Below the pieces are notes generated by a model. The model saw nothing but the letters and a program-made list of their open reading frames with translations. It did no database searches and was not told the origin of the DNA. From Phocaeicola sp. (GTDB lineage: Bacteria > Bacteroidota > Bacteroidia > Bacteroidales > Bacteroidaceae): DNA of 64,000 nucleotides. Shown here piece by piece: positions 55,126 to 64,000 of the stretch (positions are counted from its first letter, which is position 1; each line of letters opens with the position of its first letter). The DNA is taken from the NCBI GenBank assembly GCA_051648565.1, contig JBOFFJ010000183.1, forward strand, positions 30,993 to 94,992. The letters are read 5' to 3'. The position numbers and the translations under genes were made by a program.

Positions 55126-56229
55126 TTATTTAAGCATAGCATCTGTTTCGTCCAGTTTAAAGCGAACGGCTACAATGGAGTGTCTCTCTTTGCCTGGTCG
55201 TATTTTAATGTAGGTAATTGCTAAAATTGTTCCATCGGGAAGAATCTCTAAGCCAGGATATCCACAGTCAGAACCTTCGTAGCTATGAAGAAGTTTAATA
55301 CGGTATTGCCCCGATGTCTCTTCGCGTAGGTCTTTGTAGTTACCTACCCAAGCCACAAAGTGCCCTTTGGTAGGGCTGTTAGCTGCCATATCTCTGAAGA
55401 GTGCCACCATTCGGCCATCGGGTGTAAATTTAATGATGTGTCTATCGCCTGAAAGGCCCCATGGAGTCTCTTTAAGCGGGGTCCAATTCTCTCCTTCATC
55501 ATCCGAGAACATCATCAGCGAGTTACCTACACGATTGTTTTCACGCGCTATGCATACAAGTCGTTTCCCATCAGGTGTGCGAAAAGCAAAGGGTTCGCAA
55601 GGTGCACGTCCAGCCATCTCTCCAACCAATACGGATTCATCCCAAGTCAGGCCTCCATCGGTCGAAATCGATTTCCAAAGCGTTAGTTTTTTTCCATCTA
55701 TTCCATCTTGCCCGCGGTGATAAAGCCCCATGTAATTTCCATTCTTGAGTTTCACAATACTTGCAAATGCCATGATACAGGGTTTGTTTAGGCTTCGAAC
55801 TGGACTCCATGTCTTTCCCCCATCTTCGCTGTAGCTTTGTCCCATTTCGGGGTGTGCACAAAATACAAAGATACGCTCTTTCCCTTCCTTGTCGGTTAGT
55901 CTATAAATACTGGGGCAGTTGCTCATCTTTTGCCAATCTGCTGGGGTTCTTCGGCTCTCCCAAGTTCTTCCAGCATCTTTGCTTTCTGCTAGAAAAGAGG
56001 CTTTCCCACCGTGATCGGATGACCAGGTGCACAAGATTGTTTTATTATCATCAAATAGGATGGTGGTAGGATGGCCATTGTATAGATTGGCTTTTCCTTC
56101 GGCTAAGATGGTTTGTCTATCTTTTTGGTCGGATAGATCTACCCAAGGCATGTTGGGTCTCTCCTGTTGTGCTAATAGGGGAGTCGCTACAAGTAGCATG
56201 TGAATTAGAATAATAAGGTTTTTCATCAT
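55126..56229 (-). CDS. BNR/Asp-box beta-propeller, sialidase-like protein (non-canonical)
   Basis: Signal peptide; Asp-boxes SKDAGRTW, SEDGGKTW, STDGGLTW, SDDEGENW; CEP, ARE, GDRH, DCGYP; no RIP motif. Confidence 0.75.
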   Translation of the reverse strand: MMKNLIILIHMLLVATPLLAQQERPNMPWVDLSDQKDRQTILAEGKANLYNGHPTTILFDDNKTILCTWSSDHGGKASFLAESKDAGRTWESRRTPADWQKMSNCPSIYRLTDKEGKERIFVFCAHPEMGQSYSEDGGKTWSPVRSLNKPCIMAFASIVKLKNGNYMGLYHRGQDGIDGKKLTLWKSISTDGGLTWDESVLVGEMAGRAPCEPFAFRTPDGKRLVCIARENNRVGNSLMMFSDDEGENWTPLKETPWGLSGDRHIIKFTPDGRMVALFRDMAANSPTKGHFVAWVGNYKDLREETSGQYRIKLLHSYEGSDCGYPGLEILPDGTILAITYIKIRPGKERHSIVAVRFKLDETDAMLK

Positions 56230-56333
56230 TTTTTGGTTATTACAGCCGGTTACTTGTTTCTCAATATAGGTTAAACTACGAGAAAACAGGGGAACAAAGA
56301 CAAAGAGTCGCTATACTCCCCCATTTTTCTTTT

Positions 56334-57242
56334 TTATTTAAAGAATTCAATAGCCTCTAAATCTTCTTTTAGTGTCTGCATCTCCTCAGCAGTAAAGGGA
56401 GTAATGGGTAATCTACAATCCCCACACTCTATACCAATAAGGTTCATAATGGCTTTTCCACCTCGTACGCCTCCACCATATTTAATAATAACTTTTACCA
56501 CCTCAATGGATTGTTGCTGCAATCTACGTGCCTCTTCGATATGGCCCTTCTTCATAGCATCGAAAATAGCTAGATATACATGAGGCAAGTAGTTATAAGT
56601 ACTACCTACACCCGCTACTGCTCCGAATGATAGCCCTGCAATCAAAATTTCATCATAACCGTGTAGCACTTCGAAATCACCGTTGTTTAGAGCCAAGCAT
56701 TCGCCCATTTCCATTAAGTTATTGTGTGTAAATTTTGTACCCACTAGGTTAGGCATTTTTTTCTTTCCCTCTACCAAGAATTGTGCTACGGGGAGTGAAA
56801 CTCCTGTCATAGCTGGCATGTTGTAGTAGTAGAAAGGCAACTCTGATGCAGCTAGCGCAACAGGCGTGAAGAAGTCGACCAAATCTTGTACTGTAGCAGG
56901 TTTGAAAAAACTAGGAGCCATTGCAGCAATCGCATCGGCGCCCACTTGTTGTGCATGAACAGCAAGCTCCATCGCTTCGCGCATAGAGTTTGAGCCTACA
57001 TGCGCAATTACTTTAAAAGCTCCATTGGCTACTTTTACCCACTCTTCAAGAATCAATTTACGTTCTTCCGTAGTAAGTGAATGTGACTCTCCAGTTGTTC
57101 CACATACAAAAACCCCCGATATGCCTGAGGTAGCCATGAGTTTTGCATATTTTTTGATTGCCGATAGGTTTACATTTCCTTCACCATCCATGGGTGTAAA
57201 TGTAGCTGCGACTAAGCCTTGTAATCTTTTGTAGTTTTTCAT
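56334..57242 (-). CDS. nanA: N-acetylneuraminate lyase (DapA family)
   Basis: GTTGE, FYYYNMP..TG, Schiff-base Lys in GTKFT, G.DE, GSTYN; next to the sialidase. Confidence 0.88.
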   Translation of the reverse strand: MKNYKRLQGLVAATFTPMDGEGNVNLSAIKKYAKLMATSGISGVFVCGTTGESHSLTTEERKLILEEWVKVANGAFKVIAHVGSNSMREAMELAVHAQQVGADAIAAMAPSFFKPATVQDLVDFFTPVALAASELPFYYYNMPAMTGVSLPVAQFLVEGKKKMPNLVGTKFTHNNLMEMGECLALNNGDFEVLHGYDEILIAGLSFGAVAGVGSTYNYLPHVYLAIFDAMKKGHIEEARRLQQQSIEVVKVIIKYGGGVRGGKAIMNLIGIECGDCRLPITPFTAEEMQTLKEDLEAIEFFK

Positions 57243-57261
57243 TGTTTTTTTTTTATTATTC

Positions 57262-57999
57262 TTATTGATTTTGAAGTTGTTTCTCTCCTCTCCGATTGCT
57301 CATTATTATTTTGTAAGGAGCAAAATGTCCTTCTAAGGCTTCTCTATACCCCTCTTTGTCTTTTTGCTTAATTTGCTCCAGTAGATCGCTATGCGTAACA
57401 ATTTCTCCACTCTTTTTAATCTCTATATTAATGGGCTCAAGCAGGGTTTTGAATTTATCATTTACAAAAAGCATCACTGGGTGTACTATCTCTTGAAACT
57501 CTTGAATGGTTTTATTTCCTGTAATAGAATAGAGTTTGGCGTGGAATGTTGATTCGCTTATAGGTGTGTATTCGTTATTCTCTAAAACCTCCTCCATGTG
57601 TACTATTCGTTCTAACTCTGCTATATCGGCTGGGGTTATATGTTCAAAAAGCTCGCTGCACATACCTATCTCGAGTGCAATCCGAAATCCTAAAAGATCG
57701 AAGAGGGTATTTTCGCTTAGTATGCGTGGATCAACTGCTCGCTTCATCCCTCCAAGAATAGCGGGTTCGGTAAGAATCATACCTTTACGAGTGCGTGTTT
57801 GAATCATTCCCATCATTTTTAAACGACTTAGTGCTTCGCGTAGAACACTTCGAGCAACCTTAAGCTCTGCAGCCAACACTAGTTCGTTGGGAATTGCATC
57901 GCCTATGCACAAATTATGTTCTCGAAAGTAAGTGAGCAAGCTATCTTCTACTTGATCTACCAAAGTAACCACCTGTTTTTGATGCTGCAAAGGGAACAT
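57262..57999 (-). CDS. GntR/FadR family transcriptional regulator
   Basis: GD.IPNE..LA..L.V.RS.LREAL..L...G wHTH plus FCD domain. Confidence 0.92.
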   Translation of the reverse strand: MFPLQHQKQVVTLVDQVEDSLLTYFREHNLCIGDAIPNELVLAAELKVARSVLREALSRLKMMGMIQTRTRKGMILTEPAILGGMKRAVDPRILSENTLFDLLGFRIALEIGMCSELFEHITPADIAELERIVHMEEVLENNEYTPISESTFHAKLYSITGNKTIQEFQEIVHPVMLFVNDKFKTLLEPINIEIKKSGEIVTHSDLLEQIKQKDKEGYREALEGHFAPYKIIMSNRRGEKQLQNQ

Positions 58000-58037
58000 T
58001 TTATCGTTAAAATTAATTTATTTTTCTATTTATCTTA

Positions 58038-58050
58038 TTTGTCTGACAAA
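58038..58050. promoter_or_regulatory. Candidate GntR/FadR operator TTTGTC-N-GACAAA
   Basis: TTTGTCTGACAAA, ~40 bp upstream of the gntR start, overlapping a -7-like sequence on the - strand. Confidence 0.55.
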
Positions 58051-58758
58051 ATAAAGATGTTTAATGAAGAGGAGCAAGATTTTCATTAAAAAAGCGAGAG
58101 TTGTTTGTCTTTATTAACAAATTGTGTGAGGGGGGAAATTCTTTATGATTTCTCTTATTCTTTAGTAAAATAGCCCCCTTTTCTTGATTTTAGAAAGGCG
58201 TATAGATACAGCTCTGCATGCTTATGTATGCAGGCTTGCACATATAAGCGTGCATAAATGACATATATTGAAAGGAAATGTTTTTTTGACAATTAAATAT
58301 TTAAGATATTACTCCAATTAAGTATGATCTTAGATACTGCTTGGAAAAAATAGAAATTTAGTAAAAAAGAATATTCTGTGATTTCTTTTTTACTAAATAA
58401 TAGTGAATTATTAGCCCATTAATTATTAGAAAATTAATATATACGCTATTCGCTTTTACTACTGTACATGGAGGCTATGGAGATGTAATAGAGGTTAAAC
58501 AGAAAAATATACTTCTTATTTTAATAGAGGATTTGCAGGTAGAAATACCGAATATCAATCGAATGATTGAGTATGTAGTTTTATTTATGGGTACCTATAT
58601 CAATTGCTCTTTGTGAAATACATTCTTTATGTTGAGTCATAATATGACTCGTAGAGGAGTCTTTGAAGCGAATACTTAAATGATAATGACTCTTATCATT
58701 TGATAGTGGTTGTCTTTATAGGATTTTTTTTAGTTATTAATTGACCAGTTAGTTTGCC

Positions 58759-59907
58759 TTAGTAATCAAACTCTACCCACTTGCACTCTTTGATTGATTT
58801 CTCAGAGAGCGTGGTAATAGAACTCCACTCCATCTGATCTTCAATGGTTTGTGGGTAGGGAATTCCTTTTAATGCATCCCACACAATGGCTTGTAACATA
58901 ATGTAGTCCATTCCTTTGTGATGGGCATCAAACGCATAAGCTTCACTTTTGTGTGAACGCCACAAAGGGTGCTCATAGGTGCCCATGTAAACTGCATCAT
59001 CCTCCCAACACTCGTAGGGGGATTGATGTTCGATGTAGATTTTTCGGTTTTCTCCTTTCCACATTCCCTTGGTTCCCTGTATCTCTAGGTTGAATTCACG
59101 TGGGCGCGGAAGCGTGGTATCGTGAGTTAGAACAACTTGTATGCCTGTTGTTGTTTCAATAACTGAGGTAATAATATCACTCATGGCATAATTGACCTTC
59201 GCATCTGGATGCTTTTCTCCACCTAGTTCTAGAATACGCTGTTTGATACCTCTTGATTTTGAAGCAAAAGCATGCAGTGTTTTAAAGCGATCTTTTTGAT
59301 GGATACCGAGCCAGTAGGTGATGGGAGCAATGCCGTGAGTGGGGTAGATATCTGCATTTCGCTCTTTATAGTATCTGTATCGCCACGAAGATTCGTGCAG
59401 CGTAGAGCCACCAAAGTCGCCCTTTTCACCCACTAAAATGGGACGGATATCGTGATAATAACCTCCTCTGGTTGTAATAATTTCGCCAAATAACCCTTTA
59501 CGAACCATTTCGCCTACCGACATAATTTCGCGGGCAAAGCACATGTTTTCGAGAGGATAAATCTTAACACCTGCTTGATAAGCAGCCTCTTTAATATTAA
59601 AATACTCCTTCTCAAAGAGTTCACCTTTTACTTCTAGGGCAATGTTAATCTTATATTTAATGCACTTAAGTGTTTGTTCATAATGAAATTCCCAGGGGGA
59701 AGCAATAAATACGAGGTCGAGTAGTTCCGATTGGAGCATTTGGTCTATATCAGAATAGGAAGTAGCATCTATCCCATCGGGTAAAACTATTTGTGTAGAT
59801 ACATCCATTACCGCAATGATTCTATAGGCTGGTATATTTTTTATTAAGTGAATAAGGTAGTTTCCACGATATCCTATACCCACAACTCCCACTCGAATTT
59901 CTTTCAT
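58759..59907 (-). CDS. Gfo/Idh/MocA oxidoreductase, GH109-like NAD+-dependent glycosidase (no signal peptide)
   Basis: GVVGIGYRG Rossmann fold, SPWEFH, LEN.CF, YPTHG, HDT.LPRP, QGT.G, H.GMDY; start at MKEIRVG. Confidence 0.85.
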   Translation of the reverse strand: MKEIRVGVVGIGYRGNYLIHLIKNIPAYRIIAVMDVSTQIVLPDGIDATSYSDIDQMLQSELLDLVFIASPWEFHYEQTLKCIKYKINIALEVKGELFEKEYFNIKEAAYQAGVKIYPLENMCFAREIMSVGEMVRKGLFGEIITTRGGYYHDIRPILVGEKGDFGGSTLHESSWRYRYYKERNADIYPTHGIAPITYWLGIHQKDRFKTLHAFASKSRGIKQRILELGGEKHPDAKVNYAMSDIITSVIETTTGIQVVLTHDTTLPRPREFNLEIQGTKGMWKGENRKIYIEHQSPYECWEDDAVYMGTYEHPLWRSHKSEAYAFDAHHKGMDYIMLQAIVWDALKGIPYPQTIEDQMEWSSITTLSEKSIKECKWVEFDY

Positions 59908-60125
59908 ATATTTAACCCTATTACTACTTGCTATGATTGATGATTTTTTCTGTTTTTTACTGAAGAGTAGCACAACTCTTTACATCTACAAAAATAGCAA
60001 TTTATCTTTTTAGAATGGTATAGTTATACTTATTTATTTGCTGTCAGTGAGTGGCTTTTAGACTCTTTGTATGGTGCTAATGAACCGAATGATGTGACCG
60101 AATAAGGTATCTATTTCCAGACTAA

Positions 60126-60169
60126 AATAGCCCTATTCATATACTCATTTGAGTATGAATAGGGCTATT
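60126..60169 (-). terminator. Terminator after the GH2 gene
   Basis: AATAGCCCTATTCAT(AT)ACTCA-TT-TGAGTATGAATAGGGCTATT. Confidence 0.75.
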
Positions 60170-60218
60170 AAATTGATATAGGTAAGTTCTCTCTTTACTA
60201 GAAAAATACCCTTTCCTA

Positions 60219-63999
<3,781 letters not shown>

Positions 64000-64000
64000 G

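Noticed and set aside
58678-58701. Canonical Fur box
   Set aside because: Only one TGATAAT half matches and the dyad spacing (9-6-9) differs from the 7-1-7 consensus; reported only as an unexplained dyad

Overview
A ~64 kb chromosomal segment of an anaerobic Bacteroidales bacterium, judged from TAnnTTTG (-7) promoters, Bacteroides-type gene neighbourhoods and A-rich translation starts. Housekeeping content: end of an aromatic amino-acid operon (aminotransferase, DAHP synthase/chorismate mutase, tyrA), an [FeFe]-hydrogenase cluster hydA-hydE-hydG with no hydF, cmk-ispH-pfkA, tonB/prenyltransferase/tatD/tRNA-Ser/exbB-exbD-exbD, asnC-folA-thyA, an ECF sigma operon, an RsmF-type methyltransferase, GGGtGRT plus a NifU-like scaffold, and nqrABCDEF. 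Accessory content: a GH20; a host-glycan locus (GH109 x2, GH2, GntR, NanA, BNR protein, GH33, GH123); and an 8-gene co-oriented locus at 17.3-28.3 kb. That locus is the best candidate for an undescribed system. It encodes a membrane-anchored SARP-like regulator, a duplicated LRR lipoprotein, a DcuC transporter, an IadA-type isoaspartyl peptidase with Gln at the catalytic Glu77 position, two paralogous OprO/P-type porins, an M14 carboxypeptidase and a GHSAG alpha/beta-hydrolase lipoprotein. I infer a SusC/D-independent utilisation locus for an aspartate-rich polyanionic peptide or polymer. Non-coding oddities include a perfect 18-bp-arm palindrome over the hydE start codon, two intergenic arrays of CAC-N4-GTG cores at 22-bp period, and a TGTCAA-N16-TTGAYA hairpin family. 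No CRISPR, rRNA, integrase or transposase was seen. All family assignments come from recognising motifs by eye; no searches were run.
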